Positions 1 to 12,944 of a stretch of DNA of 64,000 bases are shown one piece after another. The notes beneath the pieces were generated by a model that did no database searches, had not been told where the DNA came from, and was given only the letters and a program-made list of their open reading frames with translations. Source of the stretch: Malacoraja senta (Eukaryota); the NCBI GenBank assembly GCA_038087875.1, contig CM075994.1:5706001-5770000 (forward strand). Direction: 5' to 3'. The translations under genes and the position numbers were made by a program. The stretch's first letter is position 1. The number at the start of each line of letters is the position of its first letter.

Positions 1-147
1 CATTTTACAGATCACTGGAAATCGATCGCCTAAAATTGTATTTAATACTGCTGGGAAAGTCAATGATTAAAAACTAATTCACATTTTCTATTGGCAATCC
101 GGCTCTGCCAAAATGTTACATCCACCGCCGACTCGATGCACTCTGAT

Positions 148-375
148 AAAACGTACAAAATGGTAGAAGGCTTGGATGGAGTGGATGCAGAGAGGGCGTT
201 TCCTCTAATGGGAGATTCTTGGGGTAGAGGACATAGCGTTAGATTTAAAGGATATTCTTTTCGGAAGGAGATGAGATGGAATTCAATTCGCTGTGGAGGC
301 CAGGTCAGTGGATATTTTATATGACGAGATCGATAGATTCTTCATTAGTACGGGTGTCAAAGGTGGTGAGCAGAA
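148..375 (+). mobile_element. Degenerate CR1 LINE 3' fragment
   Basis: Translates KTYKMVEGLDGVDAERAFPLMGDSWGRGHS (CR1 ORF2 C-terminus), followed by gatagattcttcattagtacgggtgtcaaagg typical of the CR1 3' end. Confidence 0.8.
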
Positions 376-477
376 TGCTGATCTCGCAGTAGAAAGTACA
401 TACCTATACTTTATGCTGCGAGATCAGAGAACAGATAGAAAGACCAATGCAATGATGTTGAATACCACGTTTTCATG

Positions 478-650
478 AGAACATAAGTGATAGGATCGAT
501 TAGTTCATTTGGCCCATCAGGTCTACTCCGCCATTCAATCATGGCTGATCAAATTCTCCCTCCAAACACCGTTCTCCTGCCTTCTCTTCATAACCTCTGA
601 CACCCGGACTAATCAATAATCTGTCGATCTCTTCATTTAAAATATCCACT
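478..650 (-). mobile_element. CR1 3' UTR fragment
   Basis: ccgccattcaatcatggctgatc...cctgccttctc...ctctgacaccc matches the reverse CR1 3' ends elsewhere in the window. Confidence 0.75.
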
Positions 651-1053
651 TGGTGTGGTTTTTATTTGTCTTGTAAAATCAGTCCATTTCGTAGAAATTG
701 GATACCTCTACTTTCTGCGAAATTGACTCATTTTACAATGCAAATAGGAACAACTCCAAATCATTTTATCTGACACTTGTAACTATTATTGCGCCAATAT
801 ATATCTTTCTTTAAGGAGCAGAGGTCATGTTTAAGAGGGCGAAGTGAAGTTTGATATAGTACACGTAGATGACTGACCGAACTCTGGTTAAATGTGACTG
901 TTATCCACATTGTGTTCGAATTTGTTGTCTATTTATTCTCAACATAAGTGACTTACTTTCATTGCACGTCAGATGATAGGAATCGATTCGGTGATTATTA
1001 TGTCTAGATAATTAAACAGTAACCGTTCCAAAGTGTTTGCAATTATTTCACAG

Positions 1054-1083
1054 CTGGCATGACTGCAATTAGAAAATACAAAA
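1054..1083 (+). CDS. Candidate 30-nt phase1-1 exon upstream of the B30.2 exon (xGMTAIRKYK)
   Basis: Acceptor ttatttcacag, donor AAA|gtaagt; open in phase 1 and joins 4011 in frame (...RKYK-I-ALKLDP); short phase-1 exons commonly precede B30.2 exons. Confidence 0.55.
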
Positions 1084-1185
1084 GTAAGTGGGGCTTTTTA
1101 ATTGATGGCCGCAATATAGTTCTCCTGTAGCTGGTGCTTGTTGTAACAAACAAAGATCCAGTGTAGACGTAAACTATATGGCAGA

Positions 1186-2013
1186 ATAGAAACATAGAAA
1201 CATAGAAAATAGGTGAAGGAGGAGGCCATTCGGCCCTTCGAGCCAGCACCGCCATTCATTGTGATCATTGCTGATCGTCCCAAATCAATAACCCGTGCCT
1301 GCCTTCTCCCCATATCCCTTGATTCCATTTCCCCCAGAGCTCTATCTAACTCTCTCTTAAATCCATCCAGTGATTTGGCCTCCAATGCCGTCTGTAGCAG
1401 GGAATTCCACAAATTCACAACTCTCTGGGTGAAAACGTTTTTACTCACCTCAGTTTTAAATGGCCTCCCCTTTATTCTAGGACTGTGGCCCCTGGTTCTG
1501 GACTCGTCCAACATTGGGAACATTTTTCCTGCATCTAGCTTCTCCAGTCCTTTTATAATTGTATATGTTTCTATAAGATCCCCCCTCACCCTTCTAAACT
1601 CCAGTGAATACAAGCCTAGTCTTTTCAATCTTTCCTCATATGACAGTCCCGCCAATCCAGGCATCAATATCGTAAACCTACGCTGCACTGCCTCAATCAT
1701 AAGGATGTCCTTCCTCAAATTATGAGACCAAAACTGTACACAATGCTCCAGATGTGGTCTTACCAGAGCCCTATACAACTGCAGACGAACCTCTTTACTC
1801 CTATACTGAAATCCTCTTGTTATGAAGGCCAATATCCCATTAACTTTCTTCACTGCCTGCTGTACCTGCACGCCAACTTTCAGTGACTGCTGTACAAGGA
1901 CACCTCGCTATATCCCCCCCCCCTTACGTAACCTAACTCAATTGAGATAATAATCTGCCCCCTTGTTTTTGCCGCCAATGTGGATAACCTCTCATTTATC
2001 TATATTATACTGC
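1186..2013 (-). mobile_element. CR1 LINE, 5'-truncated
   Basis: ORF 1098-1871 (LYRALVRPHLEHCVQFW...LYSLEFRRVRGDLIETY...RTRGH); (CATAGAAA)n tail at ~1186-1210. Confidence 0.95.
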
Positions 2014-2270
2014 ATAAGAAGTGAATTATAATTGGAATTCACTTTTTATCCAGTCAAAATAAATGGAATACAAAATCGGGCGGGACGCCTGTTCGATGTT
2101 CATTTGTCGAGTTGCAGACTGAAGCAATGATATGAATGATTTCGAAGGTCCATGTAACCTTCCCTGCCGTTTCTGGGTTGGATTGAACTCAGCACTACGC
2201 CCAGAGGCGTTTTCATAATGAAGGCCAATGAAGTTCAGACACATTTCATTTCCGATCACAAATGGTGGTC

Positions 2271-2585
2271 TACTACGGTGGCGCAGCTGTAGATTTGCTG
2301 CCGTATAGCGCGTGCTGCGCAGGAGACCCGGGTTCGATCCCAACTACGGTGCTGTCTGTACGGAGTGTGTACGTTCTCCCAGGGACCGCGTGGGATTTCT
2401 CCGAGTTCTCCAGTCTCCACCAACACTCTAAAGAAGTACAGGTTTGTAGGTTAATTGACTTGGTATAAGTGTAATTTGTCGCTAGTATGTGGAGTATAGT
2501 GTTATTGTCCTGGAATCGTTGGTCGGTGTGGACTTGGTGGGCCGAAGGGCCTATTTTCGCCCTGTATCTCGAAAGTAAACTAAAC
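2271..2585 (+). mobile_element. tRNA-derived V-SINE/HE1-like SINE
   Basis: A-box-like tggcgcagctgtag, B-box ggttcgatcc, V-core gtacgttctccc...gcgtggg...ctcc, CR1-like tail gggccgaagggcc, (ctaaa) end. Confidence 0.85.
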
Positions 2586-2924
2586 GATGGGTCATATCTT
2601 TTTTGATGGGCACACGGTTTCAGCGAAAAGACGCAACAAAGTATTGTTTGTCTTTCAACTATAATCGATGAATACTAATACGTATCAATAGTGCAAAGCT
2701 CAATGTCGTTTTAGGTGAACTCGTAGTTATGTGACTAACATTAATATTTGCAAATAAGTTGTATGTTGATTAAATTGTTCTACATTTTGTTGATCATCAG
2801 AAGCTTTCAGAAAGTACAACCTGCCTGATGGCCTTCACTGATGTTTGCGGGGGCACCTTGCTTATCACCACCTTGCTGTTCGGCCCATGTCCCCCAATAA
2901 AACAAAATCATGACAGGGATATTA

Positions 2925-3735
2925 TTTATTTCAAGAGGGCTAAAATACAAAAACAGGGATGTAATCCTGAGGCTCTTTAAGGCGCTGGTTATGCCGCATT
3001 TGGACAATTGTGAGCATTTTGGGGCACCGTATCTGACCGCGCTGGCCCAGGAATGAACCCAGAGGAGGTTTACAAGAATGATCACTGTTCCTGTATTCGC
3101 TGGAATTTAGAAGAATGAGGGGGACCTCATTGAAACGTGCCGAATAGCGAAAGGCTTTGGATACAGTGGGCGGAAAGGATGTTTCCACCTGTGGGAGAGT
3201 CTCGGACTAGAGGTCTTAGCCTCAGAATTAAAGGACGTTCCTTTCGGAAATAGTTGAGGGGGAATTTATATAGTCAGAGACTGGTTAATCTGTGGAATTA
3301 TTTACCATAGAAGGCTGTGGATGCAAGTCAATTTATATATTTTTTTAAGGCAGAGATGGTTAGATTCATGATTAGTACGGGTGTCATGGGTATTTGGGAG
3401 AAGGCAGGAGAATGGGGTTACAAACGGAGAGATATATCAGCCATGATTTGATGGCAAAGTAGACCTGATGGGCCGAATGGCCTAATTCTGGTCCTCTCAT
3501 GAGTTCGGGTTGGATCCTCAGATAGGGACCTGATGAGTAATATTTTCACACAAAGGGTGATGGGGATATGGAAAGAGCTGCCGCATTGCGTTGTTGAAGC
3601 AGGAACTATCGCAACGTTTAAGAAACAATTAGACAGGGCAGGTTTGCAGGGATTTGGGCCAAACGCAGGCAGGTGGGACTAGTGTCGATGGGACATGTTG
3701 GCCAGTGTGGACAAGGAGGATTTGGGCGCAAGGGC
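2925..3735 (+). mobile_element. Two adjacent degenerate CR1 3' fragments
   Basis: ctgaggctctttaaggcgctgg...agaagaatgagggggacctcattgaaac...gggccgaatggcct (to ~3495); second fragment ttttcacacaaagggtg...gggccaaacgcaggcaggtgggac. Confidence 0.85.
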
Positions 3736-4010
3736 GAGTCTTACAATTGTATTAAGAAGTTGCTGATTCAGGCTGATTACCGGCGCTAGATTCTGCACAC
3801 GACGCCTGATCAGCTTCATCCCACTTTCTTTGTTCTGGAGAAATCCTCACAAGGACTGTCGATGTTAGCTTTCCCCGGCAGTGTAGATCTATAGATAGGA
3901 TATACCGAATTCAAACTCTAGTACGTGGCATCCATATGTGAACTGCAAATGTCCGGTATCTTCCGTCCCGCTGTCATGCATTTTAATTCATCTCAATTTT
4001 ATTTGTCTAG

Positions 4011-4531
4011 TTGCTCTCAAATTGGATCCAACCACAGCAGACCCACGATATTTATTTGCAAGCGATAATCTCAATGCTCGGTGGGTTGATACTCCATGGG
4101 AAATCAGTGAAGATCGAAAGAAATATGTCGACACGTGCCTTATGTGGGGAACAAAGGGATTGTCGTCAGGAAAACATTATTGGGAGATAATGGTGAGCGA
4201 AGGATCAGTCTGGTCTGTCGGGGTGTCCCCGCAGAAAACGAAGGGCAAAAAATGGATTCGAACTTCCAAAGAAGAAGACTACTGGACCGTGCTCCTCTGG
4301 AACATAGGGAATAATGAATTAGAAACAAGAACAATGGGTCACTTCGTCACCATCGTTCATCTTCGCAAGATTGGAATTTACCTAAGCTACGAAGAAAGAA
4401 AAGTGACATTTTACAATATCGATACAGAAAAACCTATTCACCAATTTACCGGACGTTTTAACGATATATTTTATCCTGTGTTCAGGTTTTTCTATGGTAC
4501 AACCAAAGTTAAAACGTTGATCGTTCTATAG
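4011..4531 (+). CDS. Terminal exon encoding a B30.2 (PRY-SPRY) domain; TRIM- or butyrophilin-like gene
   Basis: Motifs LDPTTA, GLSSGKHYWEI, WSVGV, YWTV, KIGIYLSYE, VTFYN, FYPVF; acceptor ttttatttgtctag at 4010 in phase 1; open to TAG at 4529-4531. Confidence 0.9.
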
Positions 4532-4734
4532 TATTTTAAAATGCGGCAGGTTCGACGCACGCACTGAAGGGAATGTCAACAACTTTTGTCCTTAGCTCCG
4601 GTCGTGTTGGCTGATGAAGTCGACACGCAGTGCTGAGAAAATTGAGTTCATATGTAAATTTCGCCTGACTGTGCATATTTATGCGTTTCGATGTCGGTCG
4701 TTCAGTTCGTCATTTCCACTTCCCTCTACCCACG

Positions 4735-4900
4735 CCTCCGTCCGTTTATCCCTCTGTCTTTCTGTCTGTCCGTCTGCCTTTCTGTCTGTCTGCCTGTCCG
4801 TCTGTCTATCTGTTTGTCTGTCTGTTCGTCCGTCCATCTCTCTGTCTATCTAATCCAATATATGTCTGTCTCTCCATGTACCCGTTCATCCGTTCATCTC
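4735..4900. repeat. Imperfect (TCTG/TCCG)n microsatellite
   Basis: Direct reading. Confidence 0.9.
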
Positions 4901-5782
4901 AGTTCTACCACAGGGAAATATAAAATTTTCAAGGAGAACAGATGTTGGTCGAAGAAGGGTACCGATCAAAAACGATGCCTATGCATTCCCTCCCTAGATG
5001 TTGCCTGACCCGCTGAATTCCTCAAACAATCTGTTATGTACACATGACTCCTGCATTTTCAAACTCCTGTGTCTGCGAAACGGAGATGTTTCCTCATGTT
5101 TGTTAGTTGAGGATATCAAGGATATGGGACACAGAAGGGGTTAATTTTGTGAGGTGCATAACCAGCCATAATTGAAATCAACCTCCAAGAGATCATGTCA
5201 TCTTGTTTACAGTGCTTTTATCTATTTCTAAACGTTAACGTGCACGTCTTTTGATGACCTACGCAAATAGTACGCGCTTCAGGGTATTGACGCTAAAAAG
5301 GTGCCTTTTTGATACTCTTACCTGCTGTTTGTAAGAGAAGTTAAAGCAGTTCAAATAAATATACCAGCGATAGAAACTAATAAACACATTTAAGTGAATT
5401 ATATATATATATTTTAATTTGATATTTGCGAATTTATTTCTGTATGGTTTCCGTTAAACATTCATTGTCTTCACCTGTTCTTAATATACCTTGGTTTAAC
5501 ATGACTTTGCCAAAACGCCCGGTTGTAATTATGCCAACCCCGACATGTGTAACAAAACTTGACATATTGATCTTTAGTTTATGAAATTCGCAATGCTTGT
5601 ATTAACTTCAGTGCTTCATTTTGAACCATAAATCTTCACATTCATTCACACGATAGTCTATGGTGCAAACACTGGCATCGGTTCAGTGGACAAAATATGT
5701 ATTTCTATTTCGTGCTGGTGTTGATACATTGAAAAATGTTACTGCGTTATTTTAACAACTTATTTCTTACCGATTTTTGTGC

Positions 5783-5985
5783 AGGAAGGAACTGCAAATG
5801 CTGGTTGCAAACGAACATAGCCACAAAAAACTGCAGTAACCCAGCAGGACATGAAACATCCCTGGAGAGAAGGAATGGGTGACGTTTCGGTTCTGATGAA
5901 GGTCTCGACCCGAAACGTCACCCATTACTTCTCTGCAGAAATGCGGCCTGTGCCACTGAGTTACTCTAGCTTTTTGAGTCTATCT
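5783..5985. mobile_element. Penelope-derived non-autonomous foldback repeat
   Basis: ggaactgcaaatgctgg...gaatgggtgacgtttcgg / ccgaaacgtcacccatt inverted arms; same head as the Penelope end at 6412. Confidence 0.75.
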
Positions 5986-6411
5986 TACTGATTGATGTCC
6001 CGTGTCGATAGGCGCCGAGCTGTTAATAAAACTGCACTTTCCGTTTGGTAGTTTATGTCTGGTTAGTTGACCGATATGAAATGCATAAACAATATTTGTA
6101 TTGTATATTCTTCGTTGGGCTGTTTATCCAGTGTTATTATTGTTTTAAATTTACCCTTTGTAATAACGAAATATTCGTGGAAAAATACTCTTCACGTTCT
6201 TTGCATGGGTAAGAACACGGACAGAACAAGGGGCAGATCAGTTATAATAGTCGCTTTAGGCTTACGTTTGTGTAATTTAATACACCTAAAGATCATCGGA
6301 TACGGTCGCGAAGTTCGTCAAATCATCGCGGTTTGTCCTCTTTAAAAAATGGCCGAATGCTGGATGAAAATTTCTTGCACCTCTGCCGGCCTGATCTCTA
6401 TAATCAAACGT

Positions 6412-9330
6412 TTAAGAAAGAACTGCAGATGCTGGAAATAATCGAAGGTAGACAAACATGCTGGAGAAGCTCAGCGGGTGAGGCAGCATCTGTGGAGCGA
6501 AGGAATACGAGAACCTTCAGACTGATGTGGGGGTGGGGGTGGGGGCGGGAAAAAAATAATGGAAGTGGCGGAAAAAGTAGGCTTTGGGAGAGCGGGGAAG
6601 GGAAGGGTAAGGAGGGAGATGGACTACCTGAAATTGGAGAAGTCAATTTTCATACCGCTGGAGTGTAAACTACCCAAGAGAAATATGAGGTGCTGCTCCT
6701 CCAATTTGCGGTGGGACTCACTCTGGCCATGGAGGAGGCCCAGGACAGAAATATCGGATGCGGAATGGAAGGGAAGTTGAAGTGCTGGGCCACCGGGAGA
6801 ACAGGGTTCGTTATTGCGAACTGAACGGAGGAGTTGGCGAAGCGCTCGCCAAACCTGCAATTCATCTCACCGATGTAAAGAAATTGACACCAACAGCAGC
6901 GGATGCAATAGATGAGGTTAGGGGAGATGCAGGTGAACCTGTGACTCACCTGGAAAGACTACTTGGGTCCTTGGATGGAGTCGAGGGTGTAGTAAAACGA
7001 GAAGTGTAGAATGCCCTGCGTTTACAAGAGGTAGTACCGGGGAGTGGTTTGGGTGAGAAGGGAAGAATTGGCCAGGGATTTACTGAGGGAGCGGGCTCTG
7101 CGGAAAACCGAAAGCGTGGGAGATCGGAAGATGTGGCCAGTGCTGCGATCCCGTTGAAGGTGGCGAAAATGTCGCAGGTTTATCTGTTGCATGTGACGGC
7201 TGGTGGGATGGAAGGTGAGGACAAGGGGAACTCTGTCCTTGTTAAGAGTGGTGGGATGGGTCTAAGAGCGGAGTTACGGGATATAGGGGAGACGTTGGTG
7301 AGAGCCTCATCTATAGTCGAAAAGGAGAATGAGGACATCTCCGATACACTGGTTTGGAAGCTCATCCTGGGCGTAGACGGAGGAATTGGGAGTAGATGAT
7401 AGAGTTCTTACAGGAAGCAGGGTGGGAAGAAGTGTAGTTCAGCCATGGGAGTCAGTGGGTTTGTAGTAGAAGTCAGTCAGTTCTGCATGGGTGCAGGAGA
7501 TAGCACCAATGCAATCGTCTTGTAGCGGAGGTAGAGTTCGGGGATATTGCCACCGTACGCCGCGAATAAGGATTGCTCGACGTACCCTACAAAGAAGCAG
7601 GCATGGCAGGGCCCATGCGCGTGCCCATAGCTATGCCTAGGGTTTGGAGGAAATGGGAGGAGTCAAATTAAAAGTTATTGAGGGTAACGATCAGCTCCGC
7701 TAGCCGGAAGAGTGTATTTGTCGACGGGGATTGGTTGGTTCAGCGGTCGAGGAAGACATGGAGGGTTTTAAGACACTCCTGATGGGGGATTTACGTGCAG
7801 AGTGACTGGATATCCATGGTGAAGATGAGGGAGGGGGTCTGGAAGACGGAAGTCATGGAGGAGACGAAGAGCGTGTGAGGGTCTTGGAAACAGGTAGGGA
7901 AGGATTTAACCAGGGGGGATAGGATTGAGTCGAGGTATTTGGAAATAATTTCGGTTGGACAATAACAAGCAGAAACAATGGGTCTGCCAGGACAGTAAGG
8001 TTTTGGGGAGAAGGTAAAATCGGGCCGTGCGGGGCTGAGGAACGATGAGGTTGGAGGCGTGGAAGGGCAGGGAGCCGGAAGTGATGAAGCCCGTGATGGT
8101 GTTTGAGAAAATGGCCTGGTGCTCGACTGTCGGATCATGGTCCAATGATAAGTAGGAGGAAGTGTCTGAGAGTTGGCGCCTGACCTCAGACCGGTAGAGA
8201 TCAGCGCGCCAGACTGCCACTGCAGGTTTGATCACCCAGTCTGGGTTGTTGCAGAGTGATTGGATGGCTCAGGGGGGAGGTTAGAAATGGGTGTGTAGAT
8301 GTTCAGGCGGTTGATGTCCCGCCGGCAGTTAAAAATAAAAATGACTAAAGCAGGTAGATGGCCATGAGGGGGGGGGGTCCAAGTAGGGGGTCCGTTGGAG
8401 ACGGGAGAAGGGGTCATAACTAGGGGTGAGAGGACTCCTTCCCATGGAAAAAGCTTGGATGCGGAGAAGAGCTCCACATCCTGGCGGACGCGGAACTCAT
8501 TGAGGTGGGGACAGAAGGGAACAAAGGTGAGGCCTCTGTTGAGGACAGACCGTTCGGTATCAGAGAGGGGGTGGTCAGGGGAGATGGTGAATACACGGCA
8601 AGAATGGGCGTTGGGGCAGGAGGAAGGCAGGTCAGTGGACGGAGGCTGAGGAGATATATGGTAGGAGGGTGGTGGGTGGTTAGGAAGGAGGGGGGTTTGA
8701 GGACTATATTTTGGGTGGAGAGGAGCTGGGATCACGGTTTAAGGGGGAAGGTGGGGCAGTGGACCACCCACTGAGGTTCCCTGTGTTAGGTGGGGGGAGC
8801 ACTAGGACCCAGCACAGTCAGACCCTGTGGTTTGAGAGTCTGCAGCGTGGAGACTTCAGGACCGCTGCTGAGCCTGGGACTCAGGTAAGGCGACGGCTGC
8901 GGCCCGCTGGTGGGCGGTGAAGTGGCGAGGGTCGGTAGAGTCACTGATAGAAGCCCGCGGGTAGTGGAGTCCGAGTCAGCGGGCGAAGCATCCGATGACC
9001 CGGTCAGCGGATAGCAGGTGAGACGGCGAGGCTCGGCGGACCCTGTGAGGCGGCGATAGTCGGAGATACCGGTGAGGCAGCGAGGTTCGGCGTCATTGGT
9101 GGGTAGGTGAAGGTCGGCGGCAGCGGCCACGTGGAGTCGGCGATGGTGGCGTATTCGGTGGTCCGGGCCTGAGATCGGTCAGTGCTGCTCCTGCTGGCAA
9201 AGATGGCGTCGCGGGACTGGGCCTCGTAGTGTTCGGGCAAGCGGCGCGCGCCAGCATTGGGGCCCGCGGTCTGCAGGCGGTCGAGTCGCGGAGTGTTGGT
9301 GGCAGGAGCGGTCTGGAGGCGGGCGAATTA
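6412..9330 (-). mobile_element. Penelope-like retroelement, degenerate (RT + GIY-YIG endonuclease)
   Basis: FTCISPNLIYCIRC..LYIGE (GIY-YIG, 6650-6949); PGRPIVS, FTMDIQSLCT and ARFYLLPK (PLE RT); VLNRGLTFVP N-terminal motif; many frameshifts. Confidence 0.9.
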
Positions 9331-9562
9331 ACGGTCCTAAATCAAACACTCGGTACGATAAAGCAGAAGGCAAATTGTAATATATTTTATTTCATATCAT
9401 GATCTTCGAGCTGGTCTTTGTGAACCCGATCGAAATTGCAGCCACTTCACTGGCTATCATTGCATGTCTGAATTGAATACCCCGATCTCCGAAATTAGCG
9501 TGTAGCTTGACGTAAATATAGCGGCGGTCTTTAGGTCCTCTGCAAGACGTCAAGGTTCGAGG

Positions 9563-9677
9563 CAAAGATCATAGAGAGGATCAAGATAGTCCACTCTGCC
9601 AAAAAGCCGTAGTAGGTCATGGGTAATCTTCAGCTCCATTTTCGTAACCGGATTCCGTCTCCGCTCTCTGAGCTTTG
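9563..9677. mobile_element. Short member of the CAAAGATCCTATAG-TIR (hAT-like) MITE family
   Basis: Starts caaagatcatag; body matches the reverse complement of 24560-24676; ends ctctgagctttg; no clear TSD. Confidence 0.7.
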
Positions 9678-10094
9678 GTCATTGCGTCCACATCTACAAG
9701 CCAATGTACGCGACCCGACCTGTCTTTCTTCAGGTTTCCCATTAAACTCATACAAGCACGCAATTGTGAACAACGCGATTAGATGAATTACAGAGTGCAA
9801 GTTTAATACAATAATCAATTCAAACACAGGACATGAGCAGTGTTGATTTTCCATTTATTGATCAGTGCCAGTGGGATATTAAAGCCATTTCAAATTTTAC
9901 ATCCCAAGAAAATAACTAAATATGAAATAATACTCAATAACTCATTTCCATTATTAGGTATATTTGGTCCAAACTTGAAACTGCAGCTAACAAAGGCATT
10001 GTCAAATAGTAATGCACAATTTGTTTAGTGTTAGTTGGGTTGGGTAACATCTCAATTCTATGCCGCATATATGTTTACACACATATCTATCTAA

Positions 10095-10800
10095 TTAAAA
10101 CATTTGAAATCTTTCCCCTGCACGGGAGACCCGACCTTTTCTTTGTCGGGTCTCCGTTGTCGTTGGGGCTGGGCAACGTGGAGCGGCCTCCAGCAGGAAC
10201 GACCTGGGGCTCCAGTTGTGGAGCTGCGGACTACTCACCGTCACGGGGCTGGCCGAGTCCGGAGCGGGTGGAGCTGTGGCGGAGCGCTGCTGCGACCCGA
10301 CCGCCGGAGATTCGGAGGCTACAACCGCGGGTCTGGCGGACGGCAACACTGGAAGCCCGCGGGTCCCCTGGTGGGAGACCGCTTTTCGGGGCTGCCGCAG
10401 CGGCGACTTCTCCCGCCCGAGTTGCGGGGTTGAAGAGCACCTGGAGCGGGGCTTTATCCCCCCGCGCGGCTTGGAATGGCCGCCGACCTTTGCGGGCGCG
10501 CGCCGGGGCTCTAACACCAAGACCCGGTGCGCGACCTTGCATCACCCGGCGTGGCTTTAATGGCCGCGGGATAATCACCATCGCCCGCCGGGGGCTTTGA
10601 CTTTGACTCTGACATCGGGGGGGGGGGGGGGAGTGCAGTGGAGAGATACGGGTTTTTTGGCCTTCCATCACAGCGTTGTGATGGATGTATGTGTAAATTG
10701 TGTTGTGTCTCGGGTCTTCTTCGTTTTGTATTGTATGGCTGCAGAAACGACATTTCGTTTGGACCTCAAGGGGTCCAAATGACAAATAAATTGAATAGAA
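10095..10800 (+). mobile_element. GC-rich non-autonomous retroposon, family B (5'-truncated)
   Basis: Homologous to 20068-20891, 42490-43341 and 61135-61905; 3' stem-loop then tgacaaataaa. Confidence 0.85.
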
Positions 10801-11610
<810 letters not shown>

Positions 11611-11661
11611 ATATAGCTTGATGATAAACCTGCACGCCAGCATTTCTTCCCACCCTTAAGG

Positions 11662-11665
<4 letters not shown>

Positions 11666-11740
<75 letters not shown>
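11666..11740. repeat. (TA)n microsatellite
   Basis: Direct reading. Confidence 0.97.
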
Positions 11741-11743
<3 letters not shown>

Positions 11744-11939
11744 CCTTCGTGGCTTATGTACATCATGAGAAATAAGACAAACAGATATAGAGCAATACAG
11801 GGGAAACTGCAGAAAAATGGGGGGTGGGGAGGAAGGATGGGAGGAAAATGGGCAAAAACAGATAGATGAAGCAGGGAGGAAAACATGAGTAAAGAAAATT
11901 AACAAAATTATGAATTTGGTAGATGAGCTATGTAACACA

Positions 11940-12099
11940 CACTTACTGTTCCCCCGCAACGCTGATTACACTGTAAGAGGCTTTAAGGAAGTCGGGTCGG
12001 GTTTACTAAATTGGCGGATGTTCCGATCCGTTGCGTACCTCACGTCAGTCCATTGGATTTTGCAGGAGTTGACCATCTTGCTTTGCTCTAGTATCGTCG
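11940..12099. mobile_element. Diverged fragment of the same hAT-like MITE family
   Basis: actgttcccccgcaacg...gtcgggtcgggt...gttccgatccgttgcgtac..acgtcagtccattg is the reverse complement of ~24290-24435. Confidence 0.7.
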
Positions 12100-12944
12100 G
12101 ATGGAGGAGTCAGCAGTACAAATTCCGAGGAAATATAACTCAACCGCTGGATCGCTGTTGGCTTGAAATTCAGATCATCAAGAAACAATGTTTGGTTTAC
12201 TTTTAATTAGATTTTCAGCGGGCACCTCTACGTCTATTGCCACTTCTCGGTTTTAATTGCAAAACTGGGTTTCCACGAAGGTATGTGCACAATCAATTCT
12301 TCTCCCTCTAGGAAATTGAAAATTTTCCTACATCACCATCTACCTCTTATTACGGAGAGGTATTTTTTAAGGCAGAGATAGATAGATTCTTGATTAGTAC
12401 GGGTGTCAGGGGTTATGAACAGAATGCAGGAGAATGGTGATAGGAGGGAGAGATAGAACAGCCCTGATTGAAGGCGAAGTCGTTCGGCCGAATAGCTTAA
12501 TGCTGCTCCTATCCCTTATGAACACGACAACTACCGTACTTTCCAGTTTGATGATAAACCTGCACGCCAGCATTTCTTCCCATCCTGCATCTTAACCTTC
12601 GCCCGTGTTAATAAGGTAGAGACGTTCCCTGGTATGGCTGTTGCTGTATCGTGAGGATTTAAGTAGCAATCACCCGCTTGTCTACGATGTCATTGGTCAT
12701 CGCGAAGAAAACCTGCTATATCAGGGATTATTTATCATTTTGAGCAGCTTGATATGATGAAATTGTATATGTTTAACCGCTAACTCTATTATAATTGAAA
12801 GGCATTATATAGTTTGCAACTTACGCAGTTTACAACGCCTGTAAATCATGTTTGGGGGATAGGCTGCATGTGCTATAATTACTGAAACTAAAACGCGATG
12901 GACCATGCTACCAGCACAACTGCTGCAGTAATTGTATTAAACAA

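Noticed and set aside
816..843. Possible micro-exon after ttctttaag
   Set aside because: No convincing donor that gives a phase compatible with the 1054 exon
2271..2345. tRNA-like A/B boxes
   Set aside because: SINE head rather than a tRNA gene; it continues directly into the SINE core and tail
3938..4010. N-terminal extension of the 197-aa ORF
   Set aside because: Intronic sequence ending in a pyrimidine tract and AG; the B30.2 motif starts at the splice site
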